DNA from: Candidatus Rokuibacteriota bacterium
Lineage (GTDB): Bacteria > Methylomirabilota > Methylomirabilia > Rokubacteriales > CSP1-6
Reading direction: 5' to 3'
DNA: 64,000 bases
NCBI GenBank assembly: GCA_023249095.1
Contig: JAHFDK010000011.1
Span: 1,165 to 65,164, forward strand
Each line of letters opens with the position of its first letter. Position 1 is the stretch's first letter. This document shows, in pieces, positions 35,416 to 43,446 of this stretch. Both the position numbers and the translations under genes were made by a program. The notes beneath the pieces are model-generated. The model was not told where the DNA came from and ran no database searches. It was given only the letters and a program-made list of their open reading frames with translations.

Positions 35416-36338
35416 CCCCGCCCACGCTCGACACGGCCCGGGTCCCGCCCCAGGCGATCGTCGTCGCGCTCGCACGCGACCGCCGTCGCGTTGTCGTCGA
35501 CCTGGTCGCCCTCACGAAACCGCGCGTCGTCCTCATGATCCTGGTGACGACGGTCGTCGGATACTATGTCGGGCTGACCGGCGCGCCAGACTACGTCAGG
35601 CTCGTACACCTGCTGCTCGGCACGATGCTGGCCGCCGGCGGGACACTCGCGCTGAACCAGTACTGGGAACGGGACGTGGACGCCCGAATGGAGCGCACGC
35701 GCGTGCGCCCGCTGCCGGACGGGCGGCTCGCGCCCCTCGAGGCGCTCCTTTTCGGCAGCGCGGTCACCGTGGCCGGACTCTGTTACCTCGGCACATTTGT
35801 GGGTCCGCTTGCGCTGCTCGTGACCGCGGCGACGACTGTGCTCTATCTCTTCGCCTACACGCCGCTCAAGCTCCGGACGCCGTTCTGCACGATCATCGGG
35901 GCGGTGCCCGGCGCGTTGCCGCCCGTGACGGGCTGGGTGGCGTCGCGGGAGGACTTCGGGATCGGTGCCTGGGTGTTGTTCGGCATCCTGTTCCTCTGGC
36001 AGTTGCCCCACACGCTTGCCATCGCGCGCCTCTACCGCGACGACTACGCCCGGGCGGGCGTACGGCTCCTGCCCGTTGTCGACGCCGAGGGAACCAGCAC
36101 CGAGCGGCAGATCGTCACCGGCTCCCTGGCGTTGCTCGCCGTGAGCTTGTTGCCAACGCTGATCGGCCTGGCCGGTCCGGTCTACTTCGTGGGCGCTTTC
36201 CTGCTTGGCACGGCCTTCGTCGCCCTCGGTACGCGCCAGGCACTGACGCCGTCGGCCGGCGCGGCCCGGCGTGTGCTGTTCGCGTCGCTGTTGTACCTGC
36301 CGGTCCTTCTCGCCCTGCTGGCCTTCGACAAGGTATGA
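35412..36338 (+). CDS. ctaB: Protoheme IX farnesyltransferase (heme O synthase)
   Basis: LTKPRV, NQYWERDVDARMERTRVRPLP, YTPLK, LWQLPH. Confidence 0.96.
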   Translation: MTPPTLDTARVPPQAIVVALARDRRRVVVDLVALTKPRVVLMILVTTVVGYYVGLTGAPDYVRLVHLLLGTMLAAGGTLALNQYWERDVDARMERTRVRPLPDGRLAPLEALLFGSAVTVAGLCYLGTFVGPLALLVTAATTVLYLFAYTPLKLRTPFCTIIGAVPGALPPVTGWVASREDFGIGAWVLFGILFLWQLPHTLAIARLYRDDYARAGVRLLPVVDAEGTSTERQIVTGSLALLAVSLLPTLIGLAGPVYFVGAFLLGTAFVALGTRQALTPSAGAARRVLFASLLYLPVLLALLAFDKV

Positions 36339-36433
36339 CGAGCGACGCGCGGAACCGGCAGACGCTGCGGGTGCTCCTGACGATCATCGGGGCGCTGGTC
36401 GTCTCGGCGTTCCTCATCGGGATCCGCTGGTGA
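36335..36433 (+). CDS. 32-aa single-TM small protein
   Basis: MTSDARNRQTLRVLLTIIGALVVSAFLIGIRW*, coupled by ATGA and GTGA overlaps on both sides. Confidence 0.7.
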   Translation: MTSDARNRQTLRVLLTIIGALVVSAFLIGIRW

Positions 36434-37098
36434 CAACCCTCACCGAGCGCCCGCCGATCGCCCGGCGGACCAACGGGCACCGCCTGCCGCCGCCGCCGCC
36501 GACGGGAGGTGGCGACGGTCCAGAGCGCGAGCCGGGGCCGCGACGTCCGCTGCTGGACAACGTCGGGCTCGCGATGCTCTTCCTCATCTGCGGCGAGATC
36601 ATGTTCTTCGGGGGCCTCGTCTCGGCTTTTCTGATCTTGAGAATGACGTCGGCCCTGTGGCCACCGCCGCTCCAGCCGCGCCTGCCCATCGGCGTGACCG
36701 GCGTCAACACGCTGGTGCTGCTCGCCTCCAGCGTCGCGATGGTGGCGGCGAGCCGGGCGCTCGAGCGTGACGACATGCGAGGGCTCGTGCGACGGCTCCT
36801 GGTCGCCGCGGGACTTGGCGTGGCGTTCCTGGCCGTGCAGGGCTACGAGTGGGTCCGCCTCGTCAGCTTCGGGCTCACCGTCTCGTCTGGCGCGTACGGC
36901 GGAGCTTTCTACACGCTCATCGGGGCGCACGCGGCCCACGTCGTCGCGGCGGTCATCTGGGTCGCCGCCATGGTTCTGCTCGCCGCCCGCGGCCGGTTCG
37001 CCGACGGCCGGACGGGACCGCTGCGGGCGTGCGCAATCTATTGGCACTTCGTCGTGGCGCTGTGGCCGATCCTCTACGTGGCGGTGTACCTGGTATGA
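36430..37098 (+). CDS. Cytochrome c oxidase subunit III family protein (first copy)
   Basis: FLICGEIMFFGG, NTLVLLASS, FYTLIGAH, YWHFV. Confidence 0.9.
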   Translation: MTTLTERPPIARRTNGHRLPPPPPTGGGDGPEREPGPRRPLLDNVGLAMLFLICGEIMFFGGLVSAFLILRMTSALWPPPLQPRLPIGVTGVNTLVLLASSVAMVAASRALERDDMRGLVRRLLVAAGLGVAFLAVQGYEWVRLVSFGLTVSSGAYGGAFYTLIGAHAAHVVAAVIWVAAMVLLAARGRFADGRTGPLRACAIYWHFVVALWPILYVAVYLV

Positions 37099-37361
37099 AG
37101 TCCTGGGGATTCGCCGCGCTGGCCTTGATCCTGACGCCGCGTTTCGCCCTGGCGTGCGCGTCGTGCATGGCGTCGCCGTTCGGCGACCGCACCTACACCT
37201 GGCCGTACCTCGGCCTCATCCTGCTGCCGTTCATCCTGATCGCCGCAGTCGTCGGTATCCTCGCGTACCTCGCCGGCTATCGCCCGCGGACCGTAGCGCG
37301 ACGGCTCGCGGCCCGCTTCGCCGTCAAAGACGCCCCTGAGATCATCAAGGAGACGACATGA
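37095..37361 (+). CDS. Small exported/membrane protein with a CxxC motif
   Basis: MKSWGFAALALILTPRFALACASCM..., one TM, overlapping start and stop codons. Confidence 0.7.
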   Translation: MKSWGFAALALILTPRFALACASCMASPFGDRTYTWPYLGLILLPFILIAAVVGILAYLAGYRPRTVARRLAARFAVKDAPEIIKETT

Positions 37362-37975
37362 GTCAGGTAGCCTCAATGCATGGGGCGGTGGAACCGGCCG
37401 AGTCGCCGCTCACCCCCGAAAGCTGGGGGAAGCTCGGCATGTGGATCTTCCTGGCGGGCGACGCCGTCGGCTTCGGCACGCTCCTCGCCGGCTACGGCGC
37501 GATGCGGGCTACCAGCGCCGACTGGCCCTCGCCATACGAAGTCCTCGGCATCAACCTGACGGCCGCGATGACCTTTCTGCTCATCTGCTCGAGCGTGACG
37601 ATGGTGAAGGCGCTGGAGTGGCTGGGGAAGGGGGACAAGACCAGAGCGAACAGGTTCCTCTTCTTCACCGCGCTCGGTGGCGCGATCTTCGTCAGCCTGC
37701 AGGCATACGAGTGGACGCACCTGATCCACCGGGGGCTCCACATCAACGGCAACCCGTGGGGCGCCTCGCTCTTCGGCACGTCCTTCTTCCTCGTGACGGG
37801 CTTTCACGGCCTGCACGTGACCGGCGGCGTCATCTACCTGCTCTCGATCATGAGGGTCGTCGCCCGGCGCCCCTCGCCCGCGGCGAGCTACAACGCCGTC
37901 GAGATCACCGGGCTCTACTGGCACTTCGTCGACCTCGTCTGGATCATGGTGTTCACCTTCATGTACCTCCTGTAG
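37358..37975 (+). CDS. ctaE: Cytochrome c oxidase subunit III family protein (second copy)
   Basis: GKLGMWIFLAGD, TFLLICSSVTM, TGFHGLHV, LYWHFVDLVW. Confidence 0.92.
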   Translation: MSQVASMHGAVEPAESPLTPESWGKLGMWIFLAGDAVGFGTLLAGYGAMRATSADWPSPYEVLGINLTAAMTFLLICSSVTMVKALEWLGKGDKTRANRFLFFTALGGAIFVSLQAYEWTHLIHRGLHINGNPWGASLFGTSFFLVTGFHGLHVTGGVIYLLSIMRVVARRPSPAASYNAVEITGLYWHFVDLVWIMVFTFMYLL

Positions 37976-37987
37976 GGGGTCGAAGCG

Positions 37988-38317
37988 ATGGCGACCGCAG
38001 AGCACAAGCATCCGAACTACATGGCGATCTTCTGGTACCTGGCGATCCTTACCGTGATCGAGATTGCGGTGATTTACATGCCGCTGGCGAAATTCACGAT
38101 CGGCGTGCTGTTGTGCGCGCTCGCCCTGGGCAAGGCGGTGCTGGTCGCGATGTACTTCATGCACCTCCGGTTCGAGACGCGCACCCTGGGCATGGTCGCC
38201 ATCACTCCCCTCGTGATCGCCACGCTGCTGGTCTTCGTGCTGCTGCCCGACGGGTTCGCGGTCATGAAACGGACGACCGGCGCCAAGGCGGCCGCGACCG
38301 AGCCCGCGAAGCGCTGA
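37988..38317 (+). CDS. Cytochrome c oxidase subunit IV family protein
   Basis: YMAIFWYLAILTVIE, KAVLVAMYFMHL. Confidence 0.88.
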   Translation: MATAEHKHPNYMAIFWYLAILTVIEIAVIYMPLAKFTIGVLLCALALGKAVLVAMYFMHLRFETRTLGMVAITPLVIATLLVFVLLPDGFAVMKRTTGAKAAATEPAKR

Positions 38318-38348
38318 GTGGTCCGCCTTGAGGCCGGCGGCGTGAGCG

Positions 38349-38717
38349 ATGGAGTCGCAACGACTGGCCGACCGGATCGCGAAATCCCTGGGCCGGGCGG
38401 TACGCCTCCGTTGTCCCCGTTGCGGGACGACGGCGCTCTTCCGGGGCTGGTTCTCGATGGCCGAGGCGTGCGCCCTCTGCGGCCTCCGGTTCGAGCGAGC
38501 GCAGGGCTACTTCGTCGGGGCGATCTACATCAACTACGCGGTGACCGCGATCCTCGCGATCGGCGGCTTCTTCCTCCTCTGGGGCCTGACGGCCCTCTCC
38601 ACGGCGGCGCAACTCGCGCTGCTGGTGCCGGTCGTGATCCTGTTCCCGCTGTGGTTCTTCCGGTACAGCCGGAGTTTCTGGCTCGCCCTCGAGTGGCTGA
38701 TCAACCCCGAACCCTGA
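38349..38717 (+). CDS. DUF983-like membrane protein with two CxxC motifs
   Basis: RCPRCG...LFRGW...CALCGLRFER.GYFVGAIY. Confidence 0.75.
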   Translation: MESQRLADRIAKSLGRAVRLRCPRCGTTALFRGWFSMAEACALCGLRFERAQGYFVGAIYINYAVTAILAIGGFFLLWGLTALSTAAQLALLVPVVILFPLWFFRYSRSFWLALEWLINPEP

Positions 38718-38728
38718 GGCGCCCGCGC

Positions 38729-39472
38729 GTGACCGCGGGCGTGTTTCTCTCCGTGCTCGTGCTTGTCGCACCGGCCGGCGCCTACGAGGCGGTCGCGGTG
38801 AAGGACGGCGGCACCCTCACGGGGATCGTCCGGTTCGCCGGGACCCCGCCGACCCTGAGTCCGATTCCCGTGAACAAGAACCGAGATGTCTGTGGTGACC
38901 AGAAGGCATCCGAGGCCCTTGTGGTCGGCCCGGACCGGGGGGTGCGAGACACCGTGGTGATGATCGAAGGCGTCACCCGCGGCAAGAAGGGCACGGGCGA
39001 CGTCATCGTCGACAATCGGCACTGCGTCTTCGTCGGTCACGTGACGGCTGTGGTACCCGGCGACCGGGTGCGCGTCCGCAACTCGGACCCGATTCTCCAC
39101 AACACGCATGGGTTCCTCGGCCAGCCGACCGTCTTCAACCTGGCATTACCGAACAAGGACCAGATGATCGACATCACGAAGCGTCTCCAGAAGCCTGGCG
39201 TGGTGCGCGTGCTGTGCGACGCACACCCGCACATGTTCGCGTGGATGATCGTCCACGACAGCCCGTACGTGACGGTGACTGACGCGTCGGGCGCCTTCCG
39301 CATCGGCGACGTCCCGCCGGGCACCTACAAGGTCACGATGTGGCACGCCGGCTTCCGGCCCAAGGGCGCCGACAAGGACGGCCGGCCCGTCTACGACGAG
39401 CCGCGGACCATGACGAAAGAGCTGACGATCGCGCCGAAAGCGACGGCGACGGTCGAGTACGAGTTGCGCTGA
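38729..39472 (+). CDS. Secreted carboxypeptidase-regulatory-like/cupredoxin-like protein 2
   Basis: Paralogue of 31134-31832: LHNTH, CDAHPHM, DVPPGTYKVTMWH. Confidence 0.75.
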   Translation: MTAGVFLSVLVLVAPAGAYEAVAVKDGGTLTGIVRFAGTPPTLSPIPVNKNRDVCGDQKASEALVVGPDRGVRDTVVMIEGVTRGKKGTGDVIVDNRHCVFVGHVTAVVPGDRVRVRNSDPILHNTHGFLGQPTVFNLALPNKDQMIDITKRLQKPGVVRVLCDAHPHMFAWMIVHDSPYVTVTDASGAFRIGDVPPGTYKVTMWHAGFRPKGADKDGRPVYDEPRTMTKELTIAPKATATVEYELR

Positions 39473-39497
39473 GGCGGTTGAGATAGAGGGGGATTCC

Positions 39498-41405
39498 ATG
39501 TTCAAGCACATCTGCGTTCCGGTGGACAACTCGGATCATTCGAACCGCGCGATCGACCTGGCGGTCGAGTTGGGCCGGACGTGCGGCACGAAGCTCACGG
39601 GCATCCACGTCTACGCCGCGCGCCTCCACGACTACCGGTTCAAGCAGATGGAGTACACGCTCCCCGAGGAGTACAAGGACGAGAACGAGCTCGAGCGCCA
39701 GCGGAAGATCCACGACTCGCTGATCGCGATGGGGCTGCAGCTCATCTCCGAGTCGTACCTCGATGTGATGGCGCGCAAGGCGGTGGAGGCCGGGCTCGCC
39801 TTCGAGCCCAAGATGATCGACGGCAAGCATTACAAAGTCCTCGTCGAGGACTGCCTCGCCGCCGACTACGACCTCGTGGTCATGGGCGCCCTCGGCATGG
39901 GCGCGGTGAAGGACAGCCAGCTCGGCTCCGTCACCGAGCGGTTCGTCCGCCGCGTGACACGCGACACGCTGATCGTGCGCAACACCGACCCGTTGCTAGA
40001 TAAGCAGGGCGCGATCGTCGTCTGCCTCGACGGCTCGCCACAGTCCTTCAACGGCCTCAAGCTCGGCATCGAGCTCGCGACGGCCCTCCGCCGGCCGCTC
40101 CAGGCCATCGCCGTCTACGACCCGTACCTTCACTACGCGATGTTCAACGGCATCGTCGGCGTGTTGACTGAAAAAGCATCCAAAATCTTTCGATTCAAGG
40201 AACAAGAGCAACTGCACGAGGAGATCATCGATACCGGGTTGGCCAAGATCTACCAGTCGCATCTGGAGATCGGCCGCAAGCTCGCCGCCGAGGCGGGGGT
40301 CGAGCTCGCCATCACGCTCCTCGACGGCAAGTGCTTCGAGAAGATCCTGACGTTCGTTCGCAAGGAGCAGCCGTGGCTCCTCATCCTGGGGCGGGTCGGC
40401 GTACACTCGGAGGAGAACGAGGTCGACCTCGGCTCTAACACCGAGAACATTCTGCGGCTGGCCCCGTGCAACGTGCTGCTCACGGGCGGCAAGTTCTATC
40501 CGCCGCTCGACGTCAAGGCCGAGGAGATCATCTCCTGGACGGAGGAAGCGGAGGCGCGGATGGAGCGGGTGCCGCCCCAGGTGAAGGGCGTCGCGCGCAC
40601 GGCGCTCCTGCGCTATGCGATCGAGCAAGGCCATACCGTCGTCACCAACAAGGTCATCGACGAGGCGATGGCCATCTTCATGCCGACGCGCATGGCCGAG
40701 CGGATGCAGATCCTCGCCGAGGACGTCGCGATCGCGCAGCTCCGTGCTGAGACGCAACCGGCCACGGCGATTTGCTCCGTCTGCGGCTACACGGTCAAGG
40801 GGCCCAACCCCGTCGTCGCGTGCCCGGTGTGCAAGGCCACCGCCGACAAGTTCCAGGTCATCTCGAAGGAGGCGATCGAGGCGATCGCCACCCAGGAGGG
40901 CGGGATCGAGGCGGAGGAGTCGCTGCCCGGCGTCCAGGTGAAATGGTCCGCCGAGGCGCGCGACGCGCTACGCGAGGTGACCGACGCCTACCTCCGACGC
41001 CGCGCCAAGGCGCGAGTGGAGAAGTACGCGCGCTCGCGGAAGATCCCTGTCATCACCTGCCAGCTCGCCCTGCCGATGATCGAGGAGACCGTCGGGCGGG
41101 AGAAGCTCGGGGCGGGCTGGGACACCCTGCTCGCGAGGACGAAGTTCGAACCGGCCGATCTCCCCGGTGCCTCGACGAGGGGTGACAGCGCCGGCTTCGG
41201 GTGGACCGAGGAGGCGACGGCGCGGCTCAACCGCGTTCCCGCCGGATTCATGCGCGACATGACGCGCGAGGAAGTAGAGCGTGTGGCGGCCGCCAAGGGT
41301 GTGACCACCATCGATCTCGCGGTGTGCGAAGAGGGCATCGGGCACGCGCGCGAGACCATGAACGAAGTGATCGCTGGGTACGTCTCGAACAAGAAACCGC
41401 GATAA
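39498..41405 (+). CDS. Universal stress protein (two USP domains) fused to a rubredoxin-like motif and three PCP_red-like helical domains
   Basis: HICVPVDNS, DLVVMGALG...LGSVTERFV; second USP IVVCLDGS, LGSNTENIL; CSVCG..CPVC; three W(T/S)xEA..RL..VP repeats. Confidence 0.85.
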   Translation: MFKHICVPVDNSDHSNRAIDLAVELGRTCGTKLTGIHVYAARLHDYRFKQMEYTLPEEYKDENELERQRKIHDSLIAMGLQLISESYLDVMARKAVEAGLAFEPKMIDGKHYKVLVEDCLAADYDLVVMGALGMGAVKDSQLGSVTERFVRRVTRDTLIVRNTDPLLDKQGAIVVCLDGSPQSFNGLKLGIELATALRRPLQAIAVYDPYLHYAMFNGIVGVLTEKASKIFRFKEQEQLHEEIIDTGLAKIYQSHLEIGRKLAAEAGVELAITLLDGKCFEKILTFVRKEQPWLLILGRVGVHSEENEVDLGSNTENILRLAPCNVLLTGGKFYPPLDVKAEEIISWTEEAEARMERVPPQVKGVARTALLRYAIEQGHTVVTNKVIDEAMAIFMPTRMAERMQILAEDVAIAQLRAETQPATAICSVCGYTVKGPNPVVACPVCKATADKFQVISKEAIEAIATQEGGIEAEESLPGVQVKWSAEARDALREVTDAYLRRRAKARVEKYARSRKIPVITCQLALPMIEETVGREKLGAGWDTLLARTKFEPADLPGASTRGDSAGFGWTEEATARLNRVPAGFMRDMTREEVERVAAAKGVTTIDLAVCEEGIGHARETMNEVIAGYVSNKKPR

Positions 41406-41552
41406 GCAGGGGCGAGGGGTGGGGATGGGGGTGCCTCCCGGGATCCGACTGCTGACTTCTGGGTCCGGCTAACTCTCGTGCTTCGCGCGCGTGCGACCCT
41501 GACTACACGGATCCCGGGAGGCACCCCCATCCCCATCCCCTCGCCCCTGCTT
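41404..41552. repeat. 44/45-bp inverted repeat around a 60-nt spacer (MITE-like or long RNA hairpin)
   Basis: Arms 41404-41447 and 41508-41552 are reverse complements apart from a single 1-nt bulge. Confidence 0.9.
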
Positions 41553-41554
41553 CC

Positions 41555-43021
41555 ATGGATCCCGACCGGCATGCCCGCGCCTCCATCCTGGGGTCTCTCG
41601 TCGTGACGGACTCGCCCTCCGGTCACGAGGCGGCTCCGGCGTCCGCGGGGTCGACGGCGGCGCCGCCGTATACCGCGTACAGCGTGTCGTGGAACCTGAC
41701 GCAGCGGTGCAATCTCGAGTGCTCCCACTGTTACATGTCGGCGTTCGCGGGCGCCGACACGCGAGGCGAGCTGTCCACCGACGAGTGCCGGCGCGTGATG
41801 GACGAGATAGCCCTCGTCAACCCGAACGTCTTCCTGATCCTGACCGGCGGTGAGCCGCTGCTCCGCAAGGATATCTGGGACATCGCCGCCTACGCTTCCG
41901 AGAAGCGGTTCACGACGGTGCTCGGCACGAACGGCGTGCTCCTGCGCGAGCGCGAAGCGAAGCTCATGCGGACGCACGGCGTCCTCGGTGCTTCGATCAG
42001 CCTCGACTCCACCGACCACGCCCGGCACGACGCGTTCCGCCGCCTGCCGGGCGCCTGGGAGGCCGCGGTGCGGGCCACCCGTGTGCTGTCTGACGCCGGC
42101 CTCGATTTCTCTCTCCACATGTCGGTGACCGACTGGAACGTGGGCGAGGTTCCCGCGATGATCGACTTGGCGAAGGAGCTCGGCGCGAAGGTGCTGAACT
42201 TCTTCTTCCTCGTGCGGACCGGTCGTGGGACGAACCTGACGGACGTCGATCCCGCGACCTACGAGCGTATCCTGACCTACCTCGCCCAGGTCCAGGGTGT
42301 CGGCGGCGGTCCTCCTTCCTTCGTGAAGGCGCTATTCGGAATGGGCGAGCGGCGCGGCCCTCAGACGTTCGAAGACCCGTGGTCCACCCCGGTGGGCCGC
42401 GCCGACGGGCTGCTCATTCGCGCGAAGTGCGCCCCGCACTTCCGGCGCATCCTCTACGGGATGAATCCGTCCTCTCCGCTCCTCCGGAACTACGCTCACG
42501 GCTCGTGCCCGGCCGGCAAGTACTACTGTCGCATCACTCCCGAGGGCGACGTCACGCCGTGCCCCTACATGCCGGTCGCGGCGGGCAGCCTGCGCGAGCG
42601 ATCCTTCGCCGACGTGTGGCGGACCGCGCCGGTGTTCGCCGACCTGCGCGACCCGAAGCTCGGCGGGCGCTGCGGCGCTTGCGAGTTCGCGAGAATCTGC
42701 GGCGGGTGCCGGTGCCGTGCCTACGCGACGTACGGCGACTACCTCGCGGAAGATCCCGCGTGCGCCTACCAGCCGGGCGCGCACGGCGGCCAGCTCATCG
42801 ACGTGCCGGCGTCGCTGACGTTCGGGCTTCCGGTCGACTACGAGCTCGCCTGGGACGAGGAGGCGCGCGCGCGGCTTCAGGCGATCCCTTCGTTCGCGCG
42901 CGGCATGGTGATCAAGGCCGTCGAGGCCTACGCGCGGGGTCGGGGCGAGACGACCATTACGAAAGAACTCCTCGCCGACGTCCGCTCGAAGTGGGGCTCC
43001 CGCTTCCGGCCCCGATCCTGA
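41555..43021 (+). CDS. Radical SAM/SPASM enzyme (NirJ/AhbC/AhbD-like) with a C-terminal PCP_red-like domain
   Basis: WNLTQRCNLECSHC, LTGGEP, SPASM CPAG...PCPY...CGACEFARICGGCRCRAY. Start may be GTG 41603. Confidence 0.88.
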   Translation: MDPDRHARASILGSLVVTDSPSGHEAAPASAGSTAAPPYTAYSVSWNLTQRCNLECSHCYMSAFAGADTRGELSTDECRRVMDEIALVNPNVFLILTGGEPLLRKDIWDIAAYASEKRFTTVLGTNGVLLREREAKLMRTHGVLGASISLDSTDHARHDAFRRLPGAWEAAVRATRVLSDAGLDFSLHMSVTDWNVGEVPAMIDLAKELGAKVLNFFFLVRTGRGTNLTDVDPATYERILTYLAQVQGVGGGPPSFVKALFGMGERRGPQTFEDPWSTPVGRADGLLIRAKCAPHFRRILYGMNPSSPLLRNYAHGSCPAGKYYCRITPEGDVTPCPYMPVAAGSLRERSFADVWRTAPVFADLRDPKLGGRCGACEFARICGGCRCRAYATYGDYLAEDPACAYQPGAHGGQLIDVPASLTFGLPVDYELAWDEEARARLQAIPSFARGMVIKAVEAYARGRGETTITKELLADVRSKWGSRFRPRS

Positions 43022-43446
43022 TGGATCCTTTTCGGCTGGCCGCGCACGCATACCGGATCTACGGAGTGATCTATTGGATCGGTGGCTTCTATCTCGCGAT
43101 GCATGGGGTCGGCATCCGCGGCGGACGCATGATGCAGTCGGGCCTGGTGTGGATCGTCCTGGGTTTCGCCTTCCTGGTGGTGATCCCGTATCTCCTCGCG
43201 CAGCGCCGAACGTGGTTCGAGCGCTGGATTCTCTCCCGCCGCGACTTCGCGCGGATTCTCACCGCGTTCATGGCTTTGCGGGCCTGGCACGTTTTGAGGG
43301 TCGCGCTTCGCCCAGAGACCGCCAGCGTGTCCACACCCTGGGGCGGCGAGATGACCTTCCGGGCCGGCGGAATCGTGTTCCTGGTCGTCACCGTGGCCGC
43401 GCTTGTCCTGGTAGGTCGGGCGGCCTGGACGAAGGAAGCTGCGTGA
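43021..43446 (+). CDS. Hypothetical membrane protein (about 4 TM)
   Basis: ATG overlaps the radical SAM stop. Hydrophobic helices and normal codon usage. Confidence 0.75.
   Translation: MDPFRLAAHAYRIYGVIYWIGGFYLAMHGVGIRGGRMMQSGLVWIVLGFAFLVVIPYLLAQRRTWFERWILSRRDFARILTAFMALRAWHVLRVALRPETASVSTPWGGEMTFRAGGIVFLVVTVAALVLVGRAAWTKEAA

Noticed and set aside
40530-42990. Chlorophyll biosynthesis/photosynthesis implied by PCP_red-like domains
   Set aside because: Only the small helical module is present. There are no bchL/N/B or other photosynthesis genes.
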